A stretch of DNA of 64,000 nucleotides from Myxococcota bacterium (GCA_965223415.1 OZ245002.1:5536001-5600000), one strand, 5' to 3'. Numbered from the stretch's first letter, positions 23,182-33,165 are shown. Notes: generated from the letters alone by a model not told the origin. Numbers and translations: made by a program.

Positions 23182-25284
23182 ATGCGCCCCCGACCCGCCC
23201 CCCTCCTCGCCGTCCTGGGTCTCGCCTTGGCGGCCGCCTCGCCGACCGGGGCGGCGCCGGCGGTCGCCCGACCGATGACCTCGGCGTCGGTGCCCGCGGG
23301 CGGCGGGGGCACGGCCTTCTTCCTGCGAGCCGGCGACGGCGAGACCGTCGCCGTGACCACGGCCCACCACTTCGACCTCGGCAGTCTCGGCCGGGCGGGC
23401 GAGGTGGAGTTCGTGCTCGGCCGCAGCCGCGCCCGGGTCACCGCGTCGACGCGCCTGTTCGCGGCGCCCGGCCGGCCCTTCTCGGAGCCCGGCGCGACCC
23501 TGGCCGAGGACTACCTGGTGTTCGCCTTGGACGCCCCGCCCCAGGGCGCCCGGGTGCTGGAGCCGGACAGCGGCGCCCCGGACGATCTGGTCGACCAGCG
23601 GGTGCGGATCCTGGGCGTGCCGGCCACCCGGCCCCAGGACGAGGACGACCTCTACGGCACCGTCCGCGAGAGCAGCCCGGGCCGGCTCGAGGTGGAGCTG
23701 GACGTCCCCGCGGATCTGCGCGGCTGGGGGGGCGCGCCGGTGCTGCGCCAGCCGGAAGGAACGGTGGTCGGCATCCTCCAGGCCCAGTGGCCGGAGGGCG
23801 ACACCCTGCGGCTGGGGGTGGGCCCGATCTCCGGCGTCCTTCGGGCCCTCGCAACACCGGCCGAAGGGGGCCTGGGGCTGCCCCTCACGTCCTTCCGTTC
23901 GTCCGAGGAAGACACCCCGGAGGAGGACGACGCGGGGGACCGCTCGGTCTCCGAGCAGCTCGCCATGGGCACCCAGCCACGAGAGCTCCCGGGCGAGGGC
24001 CCACTCCTGGGGCGTGCGGGCGTCCTCTCCACCCAGATCCGCCTCGAGATCGAGGAGCCGCCGGACGGCGCCGTCGTCGGCGAGGCGACCGGTGCCTTCG
24101 TGGCGGGGCGGGCCCTGGCGCTCCTCGGCGAATTCCGCCGCTTCGACGTGGTGCTGGTGCTCGACACCTCCGGGTCGACATCGGAGGCCAGTGGCGCGGA
24201 CATCAACGAGAACGGCATCGTGGGGAAGAACCGATGGGGCCTCTTCTCCTCCACGGATCCGGGCGATTCGGTGCTTGCCGCGGAGATCGCCGCCGCACGC
24301 CAGGTGATCCAGGGCCTCGACCCGCGGAACACCCGGGTGGGTCTCGTCACCTTCGCCGGCCATAGCGAGGACCTGCGCGATCCCCGCGCGGGGGGCAGCA
24401 TCGTGATCGGTCCGGCCACCGGCCCCGCAGCCCTCACCGAGGAGGCCCTCACCACCGATTTCGAGCGCGTCCACAAGGCGCTCCAGCACGTGATGGAGCG
24501 CGGGCCGACGGGCGGAACCAACATGGGCGCCGGCCTGCGCCAGGCGATCCGCGAGCTCAAGGGCTTTCGCGGCGGCCTCTCGACGCCGGACCCGGAGAGC
24601 GAGAAGGTGGTGCTGTTCTTCACGGACGGCGAGCCCACTGCCCCCTACGACCCCAGCGACGTGCGCGGAAACACGCGCACGGTGCTGCGCGCCGCCGATG
24701 CGGCCGCGCGCGCCCACGTGCGCATCCACTCCTTTGCGATCGGTCAGAAGGCGCTGAATCGGCCGGTGGCGGCGGTGGAGATGGCCTCGCGCACCGGGGG
24801 CTTCTTCACGCCGGTGCGGTCGCCGGGCGATCTGGTCGAGGTGATCGAAAACGTCAGCTTCGCGAACATCGAGACCATCGAGGTCACGAACCTCACCACG
24901 GGCCAGCCCGCCAGCGAGCTCCGCATCCAGGCCGACGGAAGCTACGGCGCCCTCGTCCCGGTGGAGACGGGGCTCAATCGCATCCGCGTGCTCGCCCGGG
25001 CCAGCGACGGCAGTGAAGCCACCGCCGACGTCTCCGTCGGACACGCCGAGGGCGTGAAGCCCGTGCGGCTTCCCCGCGAGCTCGTCGCACTGCGCAACCA
25101 GCTCCTCCAGGAGCGCCTCATCAACCTGAAGCGCGGCCGCGTCGCCGCCGAGCGCGAAGAGGCCGAACGCACCCGCAAGGAGCTGCTCCTCGACATCCAG
25201 GAAGAGCGCACCCGGGCCCAGGAACGCGCGGCCCGCCAGACGAAGGAGCTCGAGCTCGAGGTCGAGCCCATCGAGCCCGAGTAG
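23182..25284 (+). CDS. Secreted protein: degenerate trypsin-like domain + VWA domain + coiled coil
   Basis: Signal peptide; TTAHH and GWGGAP; MIDAS DTSGS..T..TDG. Confidence 0.75.
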   Translation: MRPRPAPLLAVLGLALAAASPTGAAPAVARPMTSASVPAGGGGTAFFLRAGDGETVAVTTAHHFDLGSLGRAGEVEFVLGRSRARVTASTRLFAAPGRPFSEPGATLAEDYLVFALDAPPQGARVLEPDSGAPDDLVDQRVRILGVPATRPQDEDDLYGTVRESSPGRLEVELDVPADLRGWGGAPVLRQPEGTVVGILQAQWPEGDTLRLGVGPISGVLRALATPAEGGLGLPLTSFRSSEEDTPEEDDAGDRSVSEQLAMGTQPRELPGEGPLLGRAGVLSTQIRLEIEEPPDGAVVGEATGAFVAGRALALLGEFRRFDVVLVLDTSGSTSEASGADINENGIVGKNRWGLFSSTDPGDSVLAAEIAAARQVIQGLDPRNTRVGLVTFAGHSEDLRDPRAGGSIVIGPATGPAALTEEALTTDFERVHKALQHVMERGPTGGTNMGAGLRQAIRELKGFRGGLSTPDPESEKVVLFFTDGEPTAPYDPSDVRGNTRTVLRAADAAARAHVRIHSFAIGQKALNRPVAAVEMASRTGGFFTPVRSPGDLVEVIENVSFANIETIEVTNLTTGQPASELRIQADGSYGALVPVETGLNRIRVLARASDGSEATADVSVGHAEGVKPVRLPRELVALRNQLLQERLINLKRGRVAAEREEAERTRKELLLDIQEERTRAQERAARQTKELELEVEPIEPE

Positions 25285-25310
25285 CCCGGCCGAATCGAAG
25301 GCGGCCGGCT

Positions 25311-25392
25311 GGGGCCTGACCCGAGACTGGGTGCGCCGGCTGGGCGTCGAGGCGCCGCGTCGACAAGGCGCGCGAGTCTCGGGTCGGGCTCC
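25311..25392. repeat. Intergenic inverted repeat between convergent genes
   Basis: GGGGCCTGACCCGAGACT (25311-25328) vs AGTCTCGGGTCGGGCTCC (25375-25392); 2 mismatches, both G-U compatible. Confidence 0.6.
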
Positions 25393-26471
25393 TACGGCCG
25401 AACCTCGTAGAAGGCGTTCACCGGGTGATCGATGTCGAGGCGCCGGAAGCGGGTGAAGCCGGCTTCGTTCACCATCGCCTCGCAGCGGGCCGGGTGCAGG
25501 CCCAGGGTGCCGAGGCCCGCTCCGTCCGGCTCCGAGAGAGCGGAGGACATGCAGGTCAGCACCGAGAAGCCGTACATCAGCGAGGCCATCGGGTTGCGCT
25601 CGGCGTTCTCGGCGAAGGTCGCGTGGGCCTTGATGTCCGCGATCATCCACACGCCGTCGTCTCGGATGGCGCGGCGGATCTGGCCGATCACCTGCTCCGG
25701 GTGGGCCATGTCGTGGAGGCAATCGAAGGTGAGCACGAGGTCGAAGCGGCCGTCCTCCGGCAGCGGGTCCTTGCGCGCGTCGTGGAAGGCCGCGTTCTCG
25801 GTGGCGGCCCTCGCGCGGTTCTCCTCCGCCCGCCACAGCGCGTGCTCGGAGATGTCGAAGCCGTGGAACTCGCTCTTCGGAAACGCCTCGGCCAGCTTCA
25901 GGATCGCGGCGCCGGAGCCGCAGCCCACGTCCGCCACCCGGACGCCCGCCTCGAGGGTCTCGCGCAGACCTTCGATGGCACCGACGCCGACCGGAACGAG
26001 GAAGTGCTTCACCCACGGAGCGAAGCCCCGCTCGACGCCGCGGGCACCGTCGGGACCGAAGGCGTCGTAGGGCAGGCCGAGGCCCGTCTGAAAGGACTCG
26101 CGCAGGCGCTCCGCCACCGCGAGCTGGGTCGGGAGCTGGGTGAACATGCCGGCTCCGAAGGCCGGGTGGTCCTCGTCGGCCAGGACCGCCGCCGCCTCGG
26201 GCGTGAGCCCGAAGCGCCCGCCCTCGTGCTCGACCAGGGCGGCTGCAGCCTGGTTGTGCAGCCACTCGCGCACCCAGCGCTCGTGGAGACCGGTGGCGGC
26301 CGCGAGGCCGGCGGAATCCGTCGGACCGTGCTCCGCCAGGGCACGGTAGAGGCCGAGCTCGTCGCCCAGGTAGACGAGCGCGGAGGTGACCGCGCCGTTC
26401 AGGAGGCCGAAGACGTGCTTCGCGGTCTCGCCGAGGCGCTCGGGATCGATCGGTCGGGGGGCCTTGGTCAT
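25392..26471 (-). CDS. Class I SAM-dependent methyltransferase with N-terminal wHTH
   Basis: GDELGLY, ERWVREWL, ADVGCGSG, FDCLHDM. Confidence 0.88.
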   Translation of the reverse strand: MTKAPRPIDPERLGETAKHVFGLLNGAVTSALVYLGDELGLYRALAEHGPTDSAGLAAATGLHERWVREWLHNQAAAALVEHEGGRFGLTPEAAAVLADEDHPAFGAGMFTQLPTQLAVAERLRESFQTGLGLPYDAFGPDGARGVERGFAPWVKHFLVPVGVGAIEGLRETLEAGVRVADVGCGSGAAILKLAEAFPKSEFHGFDISEHALWRAEENRARAATENAAFHDARKDPLPEDGRFDLVLTFDCLHDMAHPEQVIGQIRRAIRDDGVWMIADIKAHATFAENAERNPMASLMYGFSVLTCMSSALSEPDGAGLGTLGLHPARCEAMVNEAGFTRFRRLDIDHPVNAFYEVRP

Positions 26472-26496
26472 GGGCGGAGGATACCCCGCCCGGCCG

Positions 26497-27003
26497 CTAG
26501 CCCGGCGGGGAAGCGGCGTCGGCGGGGGGCCCGGGCAGGTCCGTGATCTTCGGTTTCACCCGCTGGAGCTCCACCTCCTCCCCCCTGCGGCGCTTCTTCG
26601 CCAGGTAGGCCTGGAACTTCTTGAAGGCCTTGGGGCGCTTGCGCTCGAACCACTCCATGAAGGGGTCGACCTCGCTCCACACCCACTTGTCCGGCGCCTC
26701 GTCCTTCACGTGCTGCTCGCACTCGCGCCAGTCGAACTCCTTGCAGATGACCGGCCGGGTCTCGTAGATGTTGCACAGCCCCTCCGCCGAGAGCTGCTTG
26801 CAGCGCGCCTCGAAGCGGATGTACCAGCTGTTCTCCCAGTCGACGAAGACCGACACGCCCTGGTGCAGCAGGTACCAGATGACGTAGTCGTATTCCTTGT
26901 TCGTCGTCGGCTCGTCGATCTCGACGGCTACGTAGGTGCAGCACTTCGTGCAGTCGAAGCACGGATGCTCCGACTCTTTCACGATCGGCAGCAGGTCGTC
27001 CAC
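26497..27003 (-). CDS. YkgJ-family CxxCxxCC cysteine cluster protein
   Basis: CFDCTKCC, C..L...GLCNIYETRPVIC. Confidence 0.85.
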   Translation of the reverse strand: MDDLLPIVKESEHPCFDCTKCCTYVAVEIDEPTTNKEYDYVIWYLLHQGVSVFVDWENSWYIRFEARCKQLSAEGLCNIYETRPVICKEFDWRECEQHVKDEAPDKWVWSEVDPFMEWFERKRPKAFKKFQAYLAKKRRRGEEVELQRVKPKITDLPGPPADAASPPG

Positions 27004-27065
27004 CGGCCCCCCCTTGCTCGCCGGCGAGAGTAACGTGCCGGGGCGCCGAGGTACACTCCGCCGCC

Positions 27066-27866
27066 ATGAACGACGGCCTTCCCTACGACTACGTGGACTC
27101 GGCGCTGCACGAGCGCCGGGAGCGGGTGTACCTCGTCCTGGCGGGCCTCTTCCTGGGCTCGATGACGATGCTGAACATCCTGGGCGTCTCGCGCTTCCTC
27201 GATCTCTCCTTCGAGCTCGGCCCGTGGACGATTCCCCTGCCCCTCGCCGTCGGCGTGCTCCCGTACCCGGTCACCTTCCTGTGCACGGATTTCATCTCGG
27301 AGCTCTACGGCCGCAAGCGCGCCAGCCACGTCGTGTGGGTGGGCCTCGGACTGAACCTGTGGGTGGTCTTGTTCCTGTGGCTGGGCGGCGTGCTGCCGCC
27401 GGAGACGGTCTTCGAGCCCACCTCCGGCCTGCCCGCCGCCGATGCTCACGACTTCGCCTTCTACCGGATTCGCCAGCTCACCATGGGCGCCGTGCTGGCT
27501 TCGATGGTGGCCTACCTGGCCGCCCAGCTCGTCGACGTCTACCTCTTCCACTTCTGGAAGCGCCTCACTCGGGGCAGGCACCTGTGGCTCCGCAACAACG
27601 GCTCCACCCTGGTGAGTCAGCTCGTGGACACAGTCTGCGTCATCACGATCACCCATTACTGGGCGCGGGGGCTGCCGATCGACGAAGCCCAGGCGATCTG
27701 GCCCCAGCTCGGGGTGTTCATCGCCTCCGGCTACGTGTTCAAGCTCGTCGTGGCGCTCGTCGACACGGTCCCCTTCTACCTGGGGACCGCCTGGCTCTCG
27801 CGCTACCTGCGGATCGACCCCCACGCCGAGCACCGGCTGTGGGAGGAGCGGGACGAGCAGGCCTAA
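27066..27866 (+). CDS. Queuosine precursor transporter (YhhQ/VUT family)
   Basis: YPVTFLCTDFISELYG, ASMVAYLAAQLVDV, LWLRNNGSTLVSQLVDT. Confidence 0.9.
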   Translation: MNDGLPYDYVDSALHERRERVYLVLAGLFLGSMTMLNILGVSRFLDLSFELGPWTIPLPLAVGVLPYPVTFLCTDFISELYGRKRASHVVWVGLGLNLWVVLFLWLGGVLPPETVFEPTSGLPAADAHDFAFYRIRQLTMGAVLASMVAYLAAQLVDVYLFHFWKRLTRGRHLWLRNNGSTLVSQLVDTVCVITITHYWARGLPIDEAQAIWPQLGVFIASGYVFKLVVALVDTVPFYLGTAWLSRYLRIDPHAEHRLWEERDEQA

Positions 27867-28534
27867 CGAGAGGCGAAAGCCAGGCTCGGCCGGACGCTGA
27901 ACTCGGAGGTCTCGCTGAAGACCTTCAGCGGCACCCAGCCGGCCACCTCGGACATGCGCGGCATGCCGCGGGTCATCGCGCCGGTCGGGTCGATCACCCA
28001 GGGATCGTCGGGTCGGTCGAACCAGAGGGTGACCATGTGGTGCTGGCCGTCGGAGGGCCGCACGACGATGGCGCGGAAGACGCGATCGTCCCCGAAGCCG
28101 AGGTCGCGCAGGGCGTGGTAGACGAGGAGCTCGAGGCCATCGCAATCGTCGCCACCCTTGGCCAGCGTGTCCTCGAGGGTCGCCCAGTGATCGATCGGCC
28201 CGTCGGGCACGTAGTGGGCCCGGGCCTGCTTCTGGATCCAGCGCGCCACGCCCGCGGCGACGTGGTGCCGGTCCACCGAGGCGCGCCGCTGCTGCTCCCG
28301 GAACCGCAGGTACTTGCCGCGGAGGTCGTGGGCGGGCACCGCGGCGACCGCCGGGACCGGCCGCTGCTCGCGCACCTGCCAGCCGGCGATCTTCGGGCTC
28401 CAGGGATCCCGGGCGTTCGGCGCCGAGAAGTAGTCGTAGGGCTGGACGGGCTCGGCGGCCGGAGCGGTGGCACAGGCCAGGCCGAGGGAGGCAGCCAGCG
28501 CGAGCACGGCGATGCGGTACGACGTGAGGGGCAT
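27863..28534 (-). CDS. Lipoprotein, transglutaminase-like cysteine peptidase (BTLCP-like)
   Basis: Lipobox GLAC; DHWAT, GDDCDG, HMV, WVIDP (Cys-His-Asp order). Confidence 0.7.
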   Translation of the reverse strand: MPLTSYRIAVLALAASLGLACATAPAAEPVQPYDYFSAPNARDPWSPKIAGWQVREQRPVPAVAAVPAHDLRGKYLRFREQQRRASVDRHHVAAGVARWIQKQARAHYVPDGPIDHWATLEDTLAKGGDDCDGLELLVYHALRDLGFGDDRVFRAIVVRPSDGQHHMVTLWFDRPDDPWVIDPTGAMTRGMPRMSEVAGWVPLKVFSETSEFSVRPSLAFASR

Positions 28535-28696
28535 TGCCCACACTCATCGTCCGCGGGTGCCGGGAGGTTTAGCCTAAGTGTTTGTTTTTGAAACGCTTAT
28601 GGCTGAGCCGGGGCGTTTTGGACCCGTCCCGTTTAGGGATGCAGATCACAGCTGCCGATTCTTGGAGCGGCAGCCAGCCGGCAGGCAGAGGGCAGC

Positions 28697-28834
28697 CTAG
28701 GCCGGGATCTCGGGGAAGACGTTCACCAGGGCGAAGAGGATCACGACGAACCCCACGATCGCGGGGATGCCGCCCAGGATGTAGAGCACGCTCACCAGGT
28801 CGACGGTTCCCTTGTCTTCGTTCTCTTCTTCCAT
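28697..28834 (-). CDS. Small single-TM membrane protein (45 aa)
   Basis: GGAGG RBS then MEEENEDKGTVDLVSVLYILGGIPAIVGFVVILFALVNVFPEIPA*; GC3-rich; below the ORF-track cutoff. Confidence 0.7.
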   Translation of the reverse strand: MEEENEDKGTVDLVSVLYILGGIPAIVGFVVILFALVNVFPEIPA

Positions 28835-28933
28835 GGAGCCTCCCGAAGTGGGCGCACACTAGCGGCCCCCCGTTCCAGCGTCGAGTCACGGAGGAGCGGC
28901 CGGGTATGCTCCGGCCTCGAGAGTGGGGGGGCC

Positions 28934-30115
28934 GTGGGGCGCAGGCGCGTGCTCGCCATCGTGGCGGGCGTCTACGTGGTGGAAGGGTTCCCGATGGGGC
29001 TCTTCTCCGACCTGCTGCCCGTGTACTGGACGCAGGTCGGCATTCCCCTCGCGACGATCGGCCAGCTCTCGGGGCTCTCCCTGGCCTGGGCGGCCAAGCC
29101 GCTCTGGTCCCCGCTGGTGCAGCGCTTCGGCGAGCACCGGGCCTGGATCAGCGGCTCGATGGCCGTCGTGGCGGCGGCGCTCTTCCTGGGCGGGAGCGAG
29201 CGGCCGGAGGTGTGGAGCCTGTGGCTCGCCACCGGCCTCCTGTGCGCCGCGTCAGCGACCCAGGACATCGCGATCGACGCGTACACGATCGGCCTGGTGC
29301 GCCGCGGCGACGAGGGCCGGGCGAACGCGGTGCGGATCACGACGTACCGCGTCGGCGTCATCCTCGCGGGCACGCTTCCGCTGCTGCTCGCCGGCCCCTT
29401 CGGCTGGCGCGTCGCCCATCTCGTCGGCGGCGCCCTGGCCGCGGCCATGGCCCTCGCCGCGTGGCTGGCGCCGCGGGTCCAGGCTGCCGAGGCGGCACAC
29501 GCCCCTCCTCTTCGACTCGCGTTCCGCACCTGGCTGGCGCGGGGCTCGCTGGCCCGGGTGCTCGTCTTCGTCCTGCTCTACCGGGTGGGCGACCTGGCGA
29601 TGGCGCCGATGCTGAAGCCATTCTGGGTCGAGCGCGGCCTCTCGAACGAGGAGATCGCGCTGGTGTCGACGACCCTCGGCACCCTCGCGACGGTCGCAGG
29701 CGCGGCGGTCGGCGGCTGGGCGGTGAGCCGCCTCGGGATCGGCCGTTCGCTCCTGTGGCTCGGCCTGTTCGCCCTCGGCTCGAACCTCGGCTACGCCGCG
29801 GCCGCCCAGCCCGGCATGCCTCGCGAGGCCGTGTACGCGGCGTCCCTCGTCGAGTCCTTCTGCAGCGGCCTGGCCGCGTCGGGCTTCCTCGCGTTCCTGA
29901 TGCGCATCTCCGAGCGCGAGTACGCCGCCGTCCAGTACGCGGTGCTCACCGGCGCCTACGCAGCCCTGGGCCGTCTCGCCGGCATGGGATCCGGCTGGGC
30001 CACCGAGCAGCTCGGCTTCGCCCTCTTCTTCGCCGCCACCGCCGCAATGGCCCTGCCCGCCTTCGCCTTCCTCCCCCAGGCCGCCCGCTGGATCGACCTC
30101 ATCCCCGAGGAGTGA
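28934..30115 (+). CDS. ampG: AmpG-like muropeptide MFS permease
   Basis: EGFP, KPLWSPLV, SATQDIAIDAY, LYRVGD, QYA motifs. Confidence 0.82.
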   Translation: MGRRRVLAIVAGVYVVEGFPMGLFSDLLPVYWTQVGIPLATIGQLSGLSLAWAAKPLWSPLVQRFGEHRAWISGSMAVVAAALFLGGSERPEVWSLWLATGLLCAASATQDIAIDAYTIGLVRRGDEGRANAVRITTYRVGVILAGTLPLLLAGPFGWRVAHLVGGALAAAMALAAWLAPRVQAAEAAHAPPLRLAFRTWLARGSLARVLVFVLLYRVGDLAMAPMLKPFWVERGLSNEEIALVSTTLGTLATVAGAAVGGWAVSRLGIGRSLLWLGLFALGSNLGYAAAAQPGMPREAVYAASLVESFCSGLAASGFLAFLMRISEREYAAVQYAVLTGAYAALGRLAGMGSGWATEQLGFALFFAATAAMALPAFAFLPQAARWIDLIPEE

Positions 30116-30133
30116 ACGTCGCCGGTGGGGCGG

Positions 30134-30598
30134 CTAGCTGCGCCAATCGGCGGGGACGGAGGCGAGGTCGGCTTCGACCTGGAGCTCGAGGAGACGGTTC
30201 TCGAGGCGCTCGATCTCGCTTCGGTGGCGGCGGATCTCCTGGCGGAGCTGGAAGTCGAGGGGGGCTTCGGCGGTGGTCACACCGGGCAGCGGCGGGGCTA
30301 CCTGCCAGGGCTCGGTGGCGGCGGCCATCTCCTCGAGCTCCCGCTCGGCCTTGGCCAGGGCCTCGCGTTCGCCCGCCAGGGCCTCGCGCACCTCGTCGAA
30401 GCGGCGGCGCCACTCGGACTCGGTCCGGCCCCCCTTCTTCTCGATCTCGTAGGTCCGGCCGCCGGGCAGCTCCAGGAGCCGATCGAGGCGCACCTTGGGC
30501 GCCGCCGGGGGCTCCTCCTCCTCCGCTGCCGCCGGCGCGGCCAGGCCCCAGACGAGAAGGGCGCTCAGCAGGGCGCGACGCTTGGGGGGCGAGGCCAT
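30134..30598 (-). CDS. Hypothetical secreted coiled-coil protein
   Basis: Signal peptide ending AAA; GRTESEWRRRF; C-terminal VPADWR. Confidence 0.65.
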   Translation of the reverse strand: MASPPKRRALLSALLVWGLAAPAAAEEEEPPAAPKVRLDRLLELPGGRTYEIEKKGGRTESEWRRRFDEVREALAGEREALAKAERELEEMAAATEPWQVAPPLPGVTTAEAPLDFQLRQEIRRHRSEIERLENRLLELQVEADLASVPADWRS

Positions 30599-30753
30599 GG
30601 GGGGCCCAGGATAGCGGTCGCTGGGACGGGGCGGGCACCCCGTCCCGGGGGGTCTCGGCCGCGGGATCGAGGTCAAGCGCCCCGGGGATCCGCCGATACG
30701 GGGAGATGCCCCACGGTCCCTCCAGGGCCGCCCGGGAGCCTCGAGGAAGCGAG

Positions 30754-31899
30754 ATGGAACGGGAGACGCTGTACCGGCTGCTCCGGCTCGGAATCGAGAA
30801 GGGCGCGTCGGACATCCACTTCCAGGTGGGAAACCTCCCGCTGTATCGCTTCAACGGAAACCTCGTCGAGCTCCGCTACAAGGTGCTGGAGCCCGAGGAC
30901 ACGGAAGCCATCGCCCGCATGCTGCTGGAGGACGACCCCCACGGCGAGACGATGGACTTCAACGAGCTCGACCTCGCCTACGAGCTGCCCGAGGAGGGCC
31001 GCTTCCGGGTCAACATCTCCCGGCAGCGCCGCCACTTCAACATCGTCCTGCGGGTGATCCCGCTGCAGATCCAGACCTTCGAGGAGCTGAACCTCCCCGG
31101 CGTGCTGAAGGACATCGCCCAGGTGCGGCGCGGCTACGTGCTCGTCACCGGTGCCACGGGCATGGGCAAGTCCACGACCCTCGCCGCCATGCTGAACGAG
31201 GTGAACCGCCAGCGGAAGGCCAAGATCATCACGGTCGAGGACCCGATCGAGTTCGTCTTCACCCACGACAAGTCCATCATCACGCAGCGCGAGATCGGCA
31301 CCGATACCGAGTCCTTCCCCGCCGCCCTGCGCGCGGCCCTGCGCCAGGACCCCGACGTGATCATGGTGGGCGAGATGCGCGACCTCGAAACGGTCGACAC
31401 CTCGATGAAGGCCGCCGAGACCGGGCACCTGGTCTTCTCCACGATCCACACCGCGGACGTCGCCTCGACCATCAACCGTCTCGTCTCGTTCTTCCCGCCG
31501 GAAGAGCACATGAACGTGCGGGCCCGGCTGGCGGACAACCTGAAGGCGATCGTGTCGCTGCGGCTCCTGGTCAACAAGAAGGAAGACGGGCGCGTGCCGG
31601 CGGTCGAGGTACTGCGGATGACCCGCACGATGCAGGAGTGCATCCGGGACCCCGCCAAGACCACCGAGCTCACCGACTACATCGCCCGCGGGCGCTCGGA
31701 GAAGATGCAGACCTTCGACCAGCACCTGCTCGACCTGCTCAAGGCGAACAAGATCTACGTCGAGACCGCGCTGGCGGCGGCGTCGAACCCGACCGACTTC
31801 CAGACGACCCTCTCGCTCGAGGGCCACGGCGAGGACGACGGCGAGGACGACGTGAAGCCGCCGGACCCCCTCGAGATCGAGTCGGACGGCAGGTTCTAG
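30754..31899 (+). CDS. pilT: PilT/PilU-family type IV pilus ATPase
   Basis: GASDIH, Walker A GATGMGKST, ITVEDPIE, LRQDPDVIMVGEMRD, TGHLVFSTIH; no AIRNLIRE motif, so probably a paralogue. Confidence 0.85.
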   Translation: MERETLYRLLRLGIEKGASDIHFQVGNLPLYRFNGNLVELRYKVLEPEDTEAIARMLLEDDPHGETMDFNELDLAYELPEEGRFRVNISRQRRHFNIVLRVIPLQIQTFEELNLPGVLKDIAQVRRGYVLVTGATGMGKSTTLAAMLNEVNRQRKAKIITVEDPIEFVFTHDKSIITQREIGTDTESFPAALRAALRQDPDVIMVGEMRDLETVDTSMKAAETGHLVFSTIHTADVASTINRLVSFFPPEEHMNVRARLADNLKAIVSLRLLVNKKEDGRVPAVEVLRMTRTMQECIRDPAKTTELTDYIARGRSEKMQTFDQHLLDLLKANKIYVETALAAASNPTDFQTTLSLEGHGEDDGEDDVKPPDPLEIESDGRF

Positions 31900-33165
31900 A
31901 TGGCCGCCGGCGTGGAGGGGAGCCCCGACCGGACCCTGGCGGCCGCCCTGGGCCGCGCCGCGGCCCGGGCCGCGGAGCAGATGCCCGGCGCCGCCGCGCT
32001 TCTGCTCGTATCCGGCTCGGACGGCAAGCCCCGGCTGCGCGCCGCGGCAGGCCTCGCCTCGCCGGAGCAGGCCCGAGAGCTCTCGGCCCAGCTCGGGCCC
32101 CTGGTCGCCGACGTGGTCGCCACCGGCGCCCGCCAGCGACGGCCCGGCGACCCTGCCGCGGCACCCCAGCAGGCCGGTGGCGTGCTCGGCCTGCCGCTCC
32201 AGGCGGAAGAGGGTCCCTGCCACGGTGCCCTCCTCGTGCTGTGCCCCCAGGAGCCGAGCCTGTCCCTGGCCGAGGGCGCCGCCCATCTCGCCGGTTCCGT
32301 CGGCCTGCGTCTCGACCACGAAGCGCTCCAGCGGCGCTTCCGGGAGCTCGAGTCCGATCTCTCCGAGCGGGGTCAGGCGGAGGACAAGAGCGGCGACGAG
32401 ATCCTCAAGCTCTCCGAGGCGCTGTTCGCCCAGGACATCGAGCTGCTCCAGAGCCAGGAGCAGCTCGGTAGCGTCCAGAAGCTGAAGAACGACTTCATCG
32501 AGAAGATGTCCCGCGAGCTGCGCACGCCGCTGAACAGCATCATCGAGGCGATCATCTCGGTGCTGGCGGGCGAGAACGAGCAGCTCTCGGAGTCCGCCAA
32601 GGCCAGCCTGCGCGGCGCCCTGGACGAGGGCACCGTCTTCCTGCGCACCCTGCAGAACATCCTCGACCTGTGGCGTCTCAAGCAGGGCGAGCTGTCGCTC
32701 TCGGAGCAGGACGTGAACTTCCGCGAGGTGGTCGAGGAGGCCATCTTCAGCGTCCAGGACACCCTGGGCGACAAGCCGGTCCTGATCGAGAAGGCGATCG
32801 TCGAGCCGCTGCCGAAGATCCGGACGGACCTGGCGAAGGTGAACCAGATCCTCTTCCTCCTGCTCGACAACGCGGCCAAGTTCACCCTGCAGGGCCGCAT
32901 CGAGATCGGGGCCGAGGTCCGCGACGATCGCCTGCACTGCACGATCGAGGACTCCGGGATCGGCATCTGTGCCGACGACCAGGAGTTCATCTTCGAGGAG
33001 TTCTTCCAGGTCGACGACGCCTCGTCCGCCGCCTACCGGGGCGCGGGCCTGGGCCTCACCCTGGTCCGGGAGCTCCTGGCGCTCCTCGGCGGCAGCATCG
33101 AGCTGTCGAGCGAGGTGGGCCGCGGGACGCGCGTCGGCTTCGACGTGCCGGTCACGCTGGCGTAG
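31900..33165 (+). CDS. Sensor histidine-kinase-like protein with H-box His replaced by Arg
   Basis: MSRELRTPLNSI, DNAAKF, DSGIGI, IFEEF, GAGLGL. Confidence 0.85.
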   Translation: MAAGVEGSPDRTLAAALGRAAARAAEQMPGAAALLLVSGSDGKPRLRAAAGLASPEQARELSAQLGPLVADVVATGARQRRPGDPAAAPQQAGGVLGLPLQAEEGPCHGALLVLCPQEPSLSLAEGAAHLAGSVGLRLDHEALQRRFRELESDLSERGQAEDKSGDEILKLSEALFAQDIELLQSQEQLGSVQKLKNDFIEKMSRELRTPLNSIIEAIISVLAGENEQLSESAKASLRGALDEGTVFLRTLQNILDLWRLKQGELSLSEQDVNFREVVEEAIFSVQDTLGDKPVLIEKAIVEPLPKIRTDLAKVNQILFLLLDNAAKFTLQGRIEIGAEVRDDRLHCTIEDSGIGICADDQEFIFEEFFQVDDASSAAYRGAGLGLTLVRELLALLGGSIELSSEVGRGTRVGFDVPVTLA

